Shown here piece by piece: positions 1 to 12,742 of a DNA stretch of 64,000 nucleotides. The position numbers and the translations under genes are program-made. The notes beneath the pieces are model-generated. The model was not told the origin of the DNA. It made no database searches and saw only the letters and a list, made by a program, of their open reading frames with translations. The DNA comes from Octopus sinensis (Eukaryota). Numbering within the stretch: position 1 is the first letter of the stretch; each line of letters starts with the position of its first letter. The stretch covers positions 22,568,001 to 22,632,000 of the forward strand of contig NC_043012.1 in NCBI RefSeq assembly GCF_006345805.1. The letters run 5' to 3'.

Positions 1-1145
1 CCATGCAGTGGGACTGAACCAGGAACCAAGTGGTTGGGAAGCAAGCTTCTTACCACACAGCCACATGTATATGTATGTATGTATGATTCATGTGTGTGTG
101 TGTGTAAGTGTATACCTTTGTCCTGGCATAATGTAGTGGTTGTAAACAAACCTCACCAACATACAAATGGTGTTGTTCAGTCTTCCATAGAAAAACATGT
201 CAAACCATAGAAAATCTGCCTCAAAAAAATTCTGTCTGACTGATGCAAGCATGGAAAAGTGGACGATAAATAATGATGGATGATGATAATGTTTTGAATT
301 CAGATTTGTTAAAAAGATTTGGTTCATTTTCTTGCTATCATTAAAGCAGAAGTACAACCTGTTTGTCAGTCATGTAGACTGATACTGAGAGAGTTGTGTG
401 CCTTAACAACACAGGGGCACCAAACTGGCTGCAGTAAAATCTCAATGTAAAAATCATTGCACCTTAACCTCACAAATATTGTATCTGAACATAATATGTA
501 AATAAATTTAGTGTTAAATGGGACCAATTAAATTTGTTTCATCGTTAGAAAGTGATTGATCTAAAGAGTCTATAATATCAACATTTAATAGCTTCAGTGA
601 TGTGTACAATATTTAATATTTTTAATTGTAATGGATGCGACAACCAAATATATTGCAACATCTAGAGCTGTTGTGTAGCAGTAAGTGATATTTAGTTGAG
701 TAGGCTTGTGGTTTAGGAGTGGTTTGTAGTTAGTAATAGTAACTCGACTGTTTAATTAGCTGCTTTGTAATTATTCTAATATATTAACTGGGATTTATTT
801 TATTGAACCTGAAGGGTGGAAAGGCTAAATCACCCATAATAAGATTTGGACACAGAACAGTAAGTTTCTGGGTAGCAAGATTGTTATTTTCTTACCACAG
901 ACCAGACAGTGTTCTACTATTAAATTCAATTTTATGTCAAAGATTTTGTAGTTCTGAAGATGGTAAATAGGTTGTTACAGCAACAAGAAGACTACCAAGG
1001 CTTATTTCTTCTGGCTTTCTTTAAACTGAGTTCAAATCCTGCTGAAGCTAGTTTTGCCTCTCATCCTTTGGGAGTTGATAACTAAAACAGCTGCTCAGAA
1101 GTTGGATTAAAAGAAATGTCAGGACATCAGCCTAGATGCTTTGTA

Positions 1146-1291
1146 ATCATCATCATCATCATCGTTTCGCATCCGCTTTCCATGGTAGCATGGGTTGGAC
1201 GGTTCAACTGGGGTCTGGGAAGCCAGAAGGCTGCACCAGGCCCAGTCTGATCTGGCAATGTTTCTACAGCTTGATGCCCTTCCTAACGCCA
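1146..1291 (-). mobile_element. Family C element 3' fragment (RTE-like tail ending in (GAT)n)
   Basis: (CAT)n-CGTTT..GTCCGCTTTCCATG..GCATGGGTTGGACGG..GGATGCCCTTCCTAACGCC, shared with more than 10 copies in the window. Confidence 0.85.
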
Positions 1292-1479
1292 AAATATCTG
1301 TTCCAATTCTTTGCTTTCTAACAGCAATGTCTTTTAGACACTACTGCCACACCATATTGGTTTTTTTACCATTCCCTTGAACATCAGCAGCAGCAAGCAA
1401 AAGGGGACATGCATGCATTGGCAACTGTTGGTTTTCAAAAAAAAAAGAAAAGAAAAGAAAAGGAAAACCTTGTTGAGAG

Positions 1480-2490
1480 TTATAAACAAGCCCTGATGCT
1501 GGGACTGTGCTAAATAGCTCCTCATCAACAAAGCTGTCTTTAAGGAAATGAAACAGCACTGCCAAAATCTACAGACTATAAGAAGGCATTTCATCTCTGT
1601 TCCTCACTCATAAATAATACCATACCAAGATTCCAATATCTGCAGCTACTGTTATAATCACCAACATAATCAGGCTGTCAACAGAAATGAGTAAAGTTCA
1701 TCTGTAACGCTTTTCATTCTGGCTGTAGGCCCTTGTCAGCCTAGTTAGGAAAATGCAAAGCCTGTATAATAAGATCAACAGATTAAAAGAAAAATGTCAA
1801 CCACATCTATTTTGCTGATGACCTTAAGCTGTACATGAATAATACTAAGAGAGAGAGAAGTGATCACAACGTTCTTCTGGGACATAGCAAAGGCGTTTGG
1901 TCAGCATAGTGTCCCTAGATGGTAGACGAATAAGCAAAGAGTGTTCACCAGGCAAAGAATATATATTTCTTTACTGCCCACAAGGGGCTAAACATAGAGG
2001 GGACAAACAAAAGACAGTTGCAAAACTGGTACTTTATTTATCGACCCCGAAAGGATGAAAGGCAAGGTCGACCTCAGTGGAATTTGAACTCAGAACATAA
2101 CGACAGACGAAATACCGCTAAACATTTCGCCTGGCGCGCTAACGTTTCTGCCAGCTCGCCACCAGGCAAAGAATATAAGGATATCAGTGGCCAGTGTATC
2201 TCTCTATCACTTCTGATGAGTCCAGTTTCTCAGAATCAATGAGAATATTGCAAATGCCAATGCCGTGAATAAAACAAGAGTGATAAAAAGAAGACATCAG
2301 CAAGCACTGGAAGAAATGAAAGTCAGAACTGTCTGCATTCCATAGAACCATATCCCACAATGCTTTTGCAGTTCCAGTACTAGTACCAATATTTGGGATA
2401 TTAGACATGATACTTGAAGAAATCTGCAACTTTGATATCATAACAAGGATACTGACAGGATCTATGTTAAATAAAGGCATGGTGGCAGAG
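1480..2490 (+). mobile_element. Degraded R4/Dong-like (RLE-type) non-LTR retrotransposon, reverse transcriptase region, interrupted by a SINE
   Basis: Manual translation across stops and frameshifts gives RT motifs in the expected order: LLINKAVFKEMK, DYKKAF..SVPHS*II, VTLFILAV, VNHIYFADDLKLY (YxDD motif), SELSAFHRTISHNAFAVPVLVPIFGILD, DTDRIYVK*RHGGRG. Clade assignment is from memory of R4/Dong proteins. Confidence 0.85.
1964..2160 (-). mobile_element. SINE family B copy (head GGCGAGCTGGCAGAA, tail GTAAAGAAATA) inserted in the LINE
   Basis: Matches other family-B copies in the window. Flanked by a 17-bp target-site duplication ACCAGGCAAAGAATATA at 1947-1963 and 2161-2177. Confidence 0.92.
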
Positions 2491-3079
2491 GCAAATATGT
2501 GTGTAAATGTATGCATTTGTGTGTGTGTGTTTCTCTGAAAATTGTTGAACCCTAAGCATTAATGATGTTATTTATCCTGTCAAGAAATTATTTGCTGGCT
2601 ATGTGCCTTTGAAAGCATATGGAATAAAAGATCCCTTTTTGAAATCAAATAAGGGTTAAGGATAGGCAGGACATCTCATAGTGAAACAATACTTCAATAC
2701 TATATTTATCTAACCTATGCTAGCATGAAGAAACAGATGTAGAAACAAATGAAGAAGAAGACTATAGGTGTATGTATTTCGTGCACAAGTGTGCATGAGC
2801 ATGCTTGTGTGTATGTGTGTGTGTGTGTGTGTGTTTGTTTACAATAACACTTAACTAAAATCCATTGTGCTACAAGGGGTGATGTAACAGTGATTTCTCT
2901 TATCACCAAATCATCCACTGACTTTGTGTCTCTAGAGATGTGCGGGGGGGGGGGGCGAAAGGTTTCTTTACTTGGAAAAATGATTGAGTTTAATGGCAGG
3001 AATGGCATCTGACTGTAAAACAATGCCTCAACACTCCAGAAATATAGTCAATTTACAACATGCTAACATGGAAAAATGG

Positions 3080-3124
3080 ATATAAAAATGAACAAAATGA
3101 ATATATTACATATATATATATATG

Positions 3125-3172
<48 letters not shown>

Positions 3173-3181
3173 GTATTGTAT

Positions 3182-3227
<46 letters not shown>

Positions 3228-3330
3228 GTATGTATATATATGCATATACATACATATATACATATATATATACACACACAATGCATATGCATATATGTAC
3301 ATACACATACACATATGCATTTATATATAT

Positions 3331-3363
<33 letters not shown>

Positions 3364-3390
3364 GCATATATATATATATATATTATATAC
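3080..3390. repeat. (TA)n / (TATG)/(CATA) compound microsatellite
   Basis: Seen directly. Comparable arrays lie at about 4640-4900, 5465-5630, 26960-27330, 36610-36975, 40640-40990, 41820-42050, 59440-59840 and 61570-61945, and they account for the YIYI-type ORFs. Confidence 0.97.
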
Positions 3391-3536
3391 TTATATTTAA
3401 AGCACACATGCATATAGTGACATAAAACGAAAGATTTATTGAACAATCAGAGAACCACAGACACAGGCAAAATGACACACATATTCACACAATGATACAT
3501 ACATAACAACAACAGCAGCAACACATACACAACTGC

Positions 3537-3573
<37 letters not shown>

Positions 3574-3679
3574 CATAGAGAAGAATGACAATTACAAAAA
3601 TCAAAAGTACCTATGCAATAGAAAATAACTCACTGCCAACAATAACCATAACTCAACTTACAAAACCAGAAACTACCGA

Positions 3680-3865
3680 CGTCACCGCTACCACCACCAC
3701 CACCACCACCACCAACACTAACATATCACTGCTGTTACCATAACTCTTGCTACCACTACCGCCGCCGCAACCACCACGACCACCACCACCATTAACACCT
3801 CCAACACCATTGCTGTTACCGCAACCCTTGCCGCTGCCACCACCACCACCACCACCACCACTATC
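3680..3865. repeat. Imperfect (ACC)n/(GCC)n trinucleotide low-complexity tract
   Basis: Seen directly; gives poly-Pro / poly-Gly ORFs with no splice or domain support. Confidence 0.85.
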
Positions 3866-4745
3866 AACATTTAACAATCTTGGGAGAATGCTCTGTTCAG
3901 AAATTATAAGGCCCAGGAATATTTTCAAAGATATCTCAGCCACAATTTTACCACGTACATTTTGCATTATTACAGAGAGCTTTTGAATTTCTAAAACAAG
4001 CTTGTTATTGATTTTATTTTATTTTATTTTATTCTATTTCATTTTATTTATTTGTTTATTTATGTTGTTGTTTTCTTTTATTCTTTTGCTACTCTTTCTC
4101 TCCGTCACTCCTCTGCCCACTCCTCATGTAATCATATGCACCTTCCACTCCTCTCCCCCTACAATTCTTCCCCCCACCTCATGCCCGAGCACACTGCTTA
4201 TAGACTTGCTCTCCCTTCTACCACCACCACCACCACTGCCGCCGCCATCACAAATCACTCATAATCACAGCTTCTTCTCCAGATCAGACTCTCTGTAGGA
4301 TGTGTCAATTAAATATATTCATTCTTCAATAAGGAAATATAAGAAAAAAGAAAAAAAAAAAACCCAGAAGAATACAAAAAAAAAAAGGTATAAAATTTAA
4401 GTCAATTCAGAAGGAAACGAAAACAGAAAACAACAAGAATAAAAAAAAGAAAAAAAACAACAGCGAATTATAATAGAATTAATAAAAACAGAAACATTAA
4501 TAAAAATTTCAGACAGTTTCTCTGTTCACTTCGTTGTTCTTGTGGTTATTGTTGTGTAGATGGCAGGGTGTATATAGGTAGATGAGTAACCGTAGGTAAA
4601 TTAATGTTCTAGCATGTGCATGCGAGTGTGTTGTGTGTTTATATATATATATATGCATATATATATTTAGATATATATATATGCAAATATATACTTATAT
4701 ATATTATATATATATATATATATACACATGTATATATATATATGC

Positions 4746-4786
<41 letters not shown>

Positions 4787-5075
4787 TGTATATATATATA
4801 TATATATATATATGCATGTATATATATTATATATATATATATATACATAAAACATATATGTATATGTCTGTATGTATGTATGAAAGGGCACACATATATA
4901 TATATAAATATGCTAGCATGGAAAGCAGACGTTAAACGATGATGATGATGATATATATATATTCATAAAGCATGTCCATGTGTATATATGTAATATGTAT
5001 GTATGGAAGGGAACACACACACATATATATATACCTAGAATACATAACATGAAATCATCCATGTATACTCCTTCA

Positions 5076-5106
<31 letters not shown>

Positions 5107-5508
5107 ACTTGTGCATGAGTGTATGTGCCAATGCATATTTGTGTGTGTGTGTGTGTATGTGTGTGTTTGAGTGCTTGTGTACAAAATGAAATATATGTAA
5201 TAAATGTTCCTTCCAGTCACAAAGCAAAGAAGTAAATACGATAAAAAGTGGTCAGTGACATAGTAAGAGTTCTCTCAGTGGTCAGTGGTCATAGCATGGA
5301 CACACATACACATACATGCTGCTGGTGCTTGCACCTTAATTAACAAGCATGACAAACCAGACGGAATTTTATACCCTTAACCCCTGCTCTGCCCCCTTAG
5401 CACTGGGAAGGTGGCAATTATCTCCCTTACTACACCCCACTCTTGACATACCACTGAGGGATCCTACATATATATATATATGTATGTATATATATATGTC
5501 TATATATA

Positions 5509-5548
<40 letters not shown>

Positions 5549-5549
5549 T

Positions 5550-5580
<31 letters not shown>

Positions 5581-5595
5581 GTATGTATATATATA

Positions 5596-5632
<37 letters not shown>

Positions 5633-5687
5633 TTTTGTTCGTCCCTTCATGTATTTCACGTTATTTATTTATGTAAAGGTTTATTAT

Positions 5688-5721
<34 letters not shown>

Positions 5722-6201
5722 ATGTCGTCATTTTAATGCTCGTTAATAGGTGCTAATGTGGCTGTGCTGTAAGAAGTTTGCTTTCCAATTCCAAGGTTTT
5801 GAATTCAGTCCTATTGCATAGAGCCTTGGGCAAGTGTCTTCTACTGTAGTCCCAGGCTGACCAAAGTTTTCTGAGTGGGTTTGGTAGGCAGGAATTGAAA
5901 GAAACCCATTGATACATATACATCTTTATTGCTCATTTCTATTTTACTCACCTACCCTGGAATCTGCATCCCAGAAGTATTAAAGAAAGTACCTTTATTT
6001 AAAGTACATGTCTGAATAAAACAAGGGTGGATTTATTCACTAAGTTGGATTGTGTTGTCTGCATACACTACAAGAATATCAGGGGAAAAAAATTCTGCAT
6101 AGAGTTTGATATTATTCTCACCTGATATTGTGTGAGTGTTCAAATTAGTTCATCCTGACAAGATACCTCAATTTAAGTACCTAATTCAATCTAAATTACA
6201 C

Positions 6202-6268
<67 letters not shown>

Positions 6269-6331
6269 GTATATATATATGGATATGTATATATATATAT
6301 TATATATATATAATATATATATATATATATA

Positions 6332-7180
6332 CATCATCATCATCATCGTCGTTTAACGTCCGTTCTCCATGCTAGCATGGGTTGGACGGTTCGACCGGGG
6401 TTCTGGGAAGCCAGAAGGCTGCACCAGGCTCCAGTCTAATTTGGCAATGTTTCTACAGCTGGATGCCCTTCCTAACGCCAACCACTCCGTGAGTGTAGTG
6501 GGTGCTTTTTACGTGCCACCTGCACAGGTGCCAGGCGGGGCTGGCAACGGCCACGGTCAGATTGGTGTATTTTATGTGCCACCGGCACGGAAGCCAGTCG
6601 AGGCGGTGCTGGCATCGGCCACGAGTCGGATAGTGCTTTTTACGTACCACCAGACCAGGGATCCTGGCTGGTTCAATTCGATTTCGATTTCGCTTGCCCC
6701 AACATGTCTTCACAAGCAAGGGGGTTGGCAAGGGTGCCTGTCGTACGGTCGCATTGGAGTATTTTACGTGCCACGGCCACGAGTCGGATAGTGCTTTTTA
6801 CGTACCACCAGACCAGGGATCCTGGCTGGTTCAATTCGATTTCGATTTCGCTTGCCCCAACATGTCTTCACAAGCAAAGGGGGTTGGCATGGGTGCCTGT
6901 CGTACGGTCGCATTGGAGTATTTTACGTGCCATGGCCCCGATTCGGATAGTGGTTTTTACGTACCACCAGGCCAGGGATCCTGGCTGTTCAATCGGTTTC
7001 GATTTCGATTCGATTTCGCTTGCCCCAACATGTCTTCGCAAGCATGGGGGGTTGGGATGGGTGTCTGTCGTCGGATGAGGTTCTATATCGACTTCGCTTG
7101 CCTCAACCGGTCTTTGTGTCCAAGGCAGGAAAGGCATCATAAGTGGGCTGGGCTCACTTGTCCTGCCTGGTCTTCTCACG

Positions 7181-7190
<10 letters not shown>
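6332..7190 (-). mobile_element. Long family C non-autonomous retroelement with an internal 158-159-bp tandem repeat (about 2.7 units, 6617-7050)
   Basis: RTE-like (CAT)n tail at the left end and repeated GGTGCTTTTTACGTGCCACC modules. Unit starts recur at about 6617, 6775 and 6934. The 174-aa and 140-aa ORFs are products of this repeat. Confidence 0.85.
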
Positions 7191-7211
<21 letters not shown>

Positions 7212-7234
7212 TAGTTAGGTTCTTGCCCAGTCAT

Positions 7235-7380
7235 AGAGTGACCAATAGTTTCACATCCACAAAGGGCTCTATAGATGGCTTGTCAGACTCTAAAGCCAAA
7301 GACATTTCTTTTTGTCCGCAGAATTTGACAAGCCGTCCACAGAGCTAAGCCCTTTGTGGATGCGAAACCATTGGTCACCG
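7235..7380. ncRNA. Inverted pair of type-I hammerhead ribozyme-like motifs (probable Penelope-like LTR remnant)
   Basis: Minus strand 7291-7235 reads AGAGT-CTGACAA-stem II-GAAA-CT ATT GG-TC-ACTCT, with stem I AGAGT/ACTCT and a GUC cleavage triplet. Plus strand 7325-7380 reads TTGACAA-GCCGTCCACAGAG..CTTTGTGGATGC-GAAA-CC ATT GG-TC. The core deviations are transitions, several of them CpG-decay type. Confidence 0.7.
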
Positions 7381-7480
7381 GACATAGATTGAATTGCATA
7401 TAAATACATTACTGTTCTATGCTTTAGAGTGTGTTTCTGTTTCGGACATATGAGACACTGATGATAAGCATATATATATA

Positions 7481-7832
7481 TATTTCTTTACTACCCACAA
7501 GGGGCTAAACGCAGAGAGGACAAACAAGGACAGATTAAGTCGATTACATTGACCCCAGAGTGTAACTGGTATTTAATTTATCGACCCCAAAATGATGAAA
7601 GGCCAAGTCGACCCCGGTGGAATTTGAACTCAGAACGTAACGGCAGACGAAATACGGCTACGCATTTTGCCCAGTGTGCTAACGTTTCTGAGGTCGACTT
7701 TGCCTTTCATCCTTTCGGGGTCGATAAATTAAGTACCAGTTTCGCACTAGGGTCGATGTAATCGACTTAATCCCTTTGTCTGTCCTTGTTTGTCCCCTCT
7801 ATATTTAGCCCCTTGTGGGTAGTAAAGAAATA
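7481..7832. mobile_element. Head-to-head fused pair of family B SINEs (minus 7481-7690, plus 7691-7832)
   Basis: 7481-7613 is the reverse complement of about 7692-7832; the junction is ...AACGTTTCTG|AGGTCGAC. Confidence 0.9.
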
Positions 7833-8861
7833 TATATAGATATATATATTATATATATGTATGTATATACATATACATATGTATGAATATATAGATATAT
7901 GGAGGTATGTATCTATGGGTGTGTGTGTTTTTATGTTTGCCCCGCCACCGTCAGTTCACAGCCAGTGTTGATTTGATTATGCCCCTGTAACATAGCAGTT
8001 CAGTAAAACAGACTGATAAAAGAAATCCTGGGACTGATTTGTTTGATTAAAATCCTTCAAGCTGGTGCCCCAGCATGGCCACAGTCCAAAGATTGAAACA
8101 ATTAAAAGATAAATTTTTAAAAATTCAGATGAACAAAATTTGAGTCAAAACTTGATGTGTTCCTGAAAAGAAGATAAATTTATAAATAGAATTAAAAAAT
8201 CAACTATGGATTAAAATTAGTAACTTCTTAATGTCAAATGATGTCTTCCTGAAGAAGTAGCTGTCTAACAAGCATTATTCCAGCTAATTAACCATTTCCA
8301 AAGTATTTCTTCGAATTTTTGACATTGTTAATTAACTCACGGTGCTTAAACTCAAAGGATTAAAATTTTCAGTGCAGAATAAATAAGGAACATAATGGCA
8401 GTGTGGTAAAGGTGCTGGACTACTGACCATATAGTCATCAGTTCAAGTTCAGCTATTACTCCTGTCATAAGCATTGTGCTTCTGAGTAAACAATGTATCT
8501 TTTCTACCTCCAGTTTCTTACCTGACTTTGCAACGTAATAATCAGTTTCTATTCAGTTTGAGAGTTAATAAAGCTTAAGTTATTATAATCAATATATATA
8601 ATACAGCTAATTACAAAAAAACACCCCCCAAAATTATCATAACGTGATGCAAAACAATATTAGTCACTACATCTTTCAGTAAATAAAAGTGACAATTCTA
8701 AACATGTTTTAGTGTTATTAGACCTCCTCAGGAAAGTATAGAGTTCACCATACTTTGTGGAGTAGTGATAAGAGAACTATTAAGTAAATGTACAATAGTG
8801 TAGACTAGTAGGTGTAGGAAAAAAGATCTAGTCTAGGAATAAATTATCCTTAGACACTATA

Positions 8862-9092
8862 GGCATGAAACGCTTGAGTGATATGCAGATGTAAAGCATG
8901 ACACAGTTGAGTGATTATCAGGTATGAAATATGACACAGTTGAGTGGCTAACAGGAGTACAATATGATATAGTTGAGTGATTGACAGCTGTAAAACATGG
9001 CACAGTTGAGTGATTAGCAGCTTCACAATATGACACAGATGAGTGACAAGCAGTTGTAAAATACGACACAGTTGAATGATTAACAGCCATAA
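8862..9092. repeat. 33-bp minisatellite, 7 indel-free diverged units
   Basis: Units align at exactly 33 nt, consensus AATATGACACAGTTGAGTGATTAGCAGCTGTAA. The minus strand is open (ORF 8857-9255, NHSTVS-type repeats). Confidence 0.92.
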
Positions 9093-9139
9093 AAACTGAC
9101 TTCAACAATAAAAAAGAAACACCACCTTCCCCACCTGGC

Positions 9140-9460
9140 AGAGAACTACATTTTCCAGTATAAAATGTTGAATTTTGTAGACCAAAGTCTTCTGCTGACA
9201 AAAGTTGGGCAGCTTTTGCTCTAAGATGATGCAGACACCAAACCAAAAATTGCATGTGGAATGCTGCAAGATTTGGAAAGATTGTGATGATGTTTCAGTG
9301 TTTACACTATATATGGCATCACTTGTATGCTGGAAATAGAGCACATCAAGCCATTGCTGATCAGCAAGAAGGGCAGGGTAACATGCACAATGCTTTTGTT
9401 ATTTGTTTTAGGCAATTATTATATTTGTAAGCAGACACTGATGCCCTCTCTGCCTTCTTG
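9140..9460 (+). mobile_element. Possible highly decayed DNA-transposon coding remnant (XPG/FEN1-like, Academ-type)
   Basis: Frameshifted translation gives DDADTK..LHVE.AARFGKIV..DDVSVF..HQAIADQ..DTDALSAF, reminiscent of the EEADT...DTDV...GCDTVSAF motif series. This is weak recollection only. Confidence 0.3.
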
Positions 9461-9495
9461 CTCTTGATCAATAAAACATGTACAATGTGACAGAT

Positions 9496-9497
<2 letters not shown>

Positions 9498-9549
<52 letters not shown>

Positions 9550-9556
9550 AAGAGAA
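9498..9556. repeat. (GA)n microsatellite
   Basis: Seen directly; similar tracts at 29245-29300 and 49468-49530. Confidence 0.95.
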
Positions 9557-10239
9557 AGGTATGTGTTAGTTCAATGGATGGTATTCATTGCAGCTGAGTG
9601 AAACCTCATGAAATGAAGAGCTTTGCTCAAAAACACAATGAACTACCAGGTACAGAAATTGAACCCCACCCCCACCCCATGACACCACAATCATGAGTCC
9701 AACACCCTAACCACTAAGCTACATACTTCTTTATATGATTAACATTTTGTGGAAGCAAAAAAGAAGATTCCATCTTTACAGGATTGGAATACTGAAGAAT
9801 ATGGTAACAACAAAACTCAACACTCAGAGAAAGAAACTTGGCTCTAACCAGCTAATTTTATACACCAGTCTCTGGGCTGGAGTGAGATGGGGATTATAAT
9901 TCTTTCATTCTTTTACTGACTTTAGATATTGGAATGCAGCCATGTTAGGGCACCACCTCCAAAGGCCCTCGTCAATCATATCGACTGCGACTGCTTATTT
10001 TGGTCTTAACCTCTATTTGTTGGAACAATGGGTTGTGAGACATTAAGAGGTACAACATAAACATTGGCTTTTGTGGTAGTTATTGGGGACACACACCCAC
10101 ACACAGGCCATTGTCATCATTGTTGTCATCATCAATACCATCATTATCATTGGCATCTCTCATTGAGAAATTGGTTCCATGTAATTCATTTATCTACATA
10201 TACATATATATATATATATATATAATAATACATATATAT

Positions 10240-10393
10240 ACATCATCATCATCATCATCATCATCGTTTAACGTCCGCTTTCCATGCTAGCATGGGTTGG
10301 ACGGTTCAACTGGGGTCTGGCAAGCCCGAAGGCTGCACCAGGCCAGTCAGATCTGGCAGTGTTTCTACAGCTGGATGCCCTTCCTAACGCCAA
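10240..10393 (-). mobile_element. Family C 3' fragment
   Basis: Near-identical to 1146-1291 and 56800-56950. Confidence 0.88.
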
Positions 10394-12334
10394 TATATAT
10401 ACATATTCATATATATATGTACATATATGCATATATCTATATCTATATATATATATATATATACATAAATATATATACATATGTACATATATTTAGATGC
10501 ATGATGGCTGCCCCCTCATTATCGAATATGGCCATTGCACGAAGCTTAACTGTTATTGGTACTGTGATCAAATGTGACTTTTTAGCCCAGCTAAAGAACT
10601 ACAATGTCTTGTACAGAATTTAGATACATACATACATATATACACACACACATACACATATGCACACACAACAGGCTTTTGCACAGTTTCCACCTGTTAA
10701 GTTCGACTCACAAGATATTGGTCATCTCAAGGCTATAGCAGAAGACATTTGGCATAGGTGCCATATGCCGTGCTCAGATCCCAAAACATATGATTAAGAA
10801 ATGAACTTCTTGATCATTTTTAACCACCCTGCTATGCCAGCACCCACAATACGTAGAAAGAGACAAAATTTAGTCAGTTCAATAAGGTAAACTTTGCAGA
10901 AGAATGTATCAAGTCAAATGTCTGCTTAAAAGAAAGCTAAAAATATTCACACCAAACTTTTACTTAGTGTACTGTCTTTAGCAGGAAGGAAAATGGTGTA
11001 TGGACGTAAATTCAGGAAAAAAAAAAAAGAAGTGAAAAGCCTTGAATTGGAACTGGCTTAGTGCCAATAAATGACAGCTTCCTGGCAATTACCGAATCAA
11101 GAACCACACCATCACAGTGTTGGTTGCTGTCTCAGCCTTGTCTTGATACTGGTTGCGGATATCTTTGTATGAGAGAGTGAAGCTAAATTTATTAACGGTT
11201 AGCTCTTCCTCGTTAAAATCCAATTAAATCCAGTGTCAAATATGACATATTCATAATCAGATTGATGGAACACATGTAAGCACATAAACACATTCATATA
11301 CACTTGGGGAGGGGAGGAAGAAAAAATAAGATAAGAATAATATTAATATAAACATAATTCAAATTTTAATAGAATTTTGCTAAGAAAGATACAAAATATA
11401 TTAGAAAGAAAAAGAAAATCAAGAAGGACAAATCTTGAATAAAATTTTTCATTTTTTGCTAGATTTATTTCAGAAGTCTTCTCTGTGCTAAACCAGCAAT
11501 AGGGAACAAAACTTATAAAGTACTTGTCCATATTTCCATTAGTTTGGTATCTTTCTAGCAACTGTATTCTTTAACAATTCTGGTTTAATAAGGAATTACT
11601 AATGTATTTCTGTGTGGAAGCTGTCACTGTTGCAATCACTTTTTCTGCTTCTTTTGACTACAAGTCAAACTGGGAACTATTTTTAATCAAATAGTGATAC
11701 AGGTAGGCATTCTGTGCTGCTACTCTTTAAATATGTAGCTACCATTCTTTCAAGTGTAGGTTAATAAAATTAAGTGTAATAAGCCCCCCCCCCCCAAATT
11801 ATATTATCAATTAATTGAAATTAAAATCTACAAAGGGAAGAAAAGTCTTTAGTGTTAATGACAATTTTTGTCAAAGCAAGGGACAGAATATTGAAGTTTA
11901 AATTGATTAAAAATTAAATGGAGACATATAGTGAAGAGTGGGTTTGATCAATGGTAAGTATTATAGATATGTTTTGACCTTATTAGACTTTCACAGCAAC
12001 TACGTATTGACTAACAAGTATTAATCAGATCATAGAATAAATGAGATGATATAATTTCTTTTTTCTGGAAGAATATTCACTGAACAGGCAACTCACAGAA
12101 TGACACTGAAAAAATTCCTAGAAGTGCCTTCTGCACAAAAATTGTACTGTCAAGTACAGGTTAACATATTTAATGCAGAGAACTAAGAATAATTTTTTAA
12201 TCAATTCAGATAAAACCCATGAAAAAAATGCATTATTAGCATTTATATCAGTTTTTCTCTAGAGTTAATCTATTATGCTTTATCCCTCTCTCTTTCTCTC
12301 CCCACCTACATGGTTACATGCTTAGTACTACTGT

Positions 12335-12742
12335 GTGAAACCTTGGGCAAGTGTTTTCTACTATAGCCCTGAGCCGGCCAAAACTTTATGAGGGGATTTG
12401 GTAAACTGAAATGGGCAACTGAAAAATGTGCGTGTGTGCGAGTGGTAGTGTGTGTGTGTGTGAGTGGTAGTGTGTATTTGTTTGTGCTTGTCTTCCTTTT
12501 CTATCATGTGATAGTTGTAAATAAATATCACTGTCATAGAAGCAGTGTCATTGATTTTAAACATATCTAACCATGGGGGAATGCTACCTGGTTAGAAATA
12601 AGTGAGAGCAGGTGGTAGGAAGGGCACTTGCAGTAAAACGATCTGCTTCAACAGACTTCATCCAACCCAAGCAAGCATGGAAAAGTGGACATTAAAATGA
12701 CAATGATGATGACGATGATGATGATGATGATGATGATGATGA
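12335..12742 (+). mobile_element. Composite SINE (family D): CORE-like head, (TG)n, middle domain and RTE-like (GAT)n tail
   Basis: ACCTTGGGCAAGTG CORE-like motif, then CATGTGATAGTTGTAAA..., ending GCAAGCATGGAAAAGTGGAC..(GAT)n. Related pieces at about 100-290, 22330-22620, 31620-31860 and 44570-44830. Confidence 0.7.

Noticed and set aside
3653-4298. Poly-Pro / poly-Gly ORFs
   Set aside because: These are (ACC)n low-complexity tracts with no splice sites or domain, and such tracts occur throughout the window.
6369-7218. 140-aa and 174-aa ORFs with complex-looking sequence
   Set aside because: They are read-through of a GC-rich SINE-like element and its 158/159-bp repeat; the same peptide start (MLAWVG...) recurs wherever family C occurs.
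6617-9092. Regular repeats (158-bp and 33-bp) considered as CRISPR-like arrays
   Set aside because: They are head-to-tail tandem units without unique spacers, in a eukaryotic context with no cas genes.
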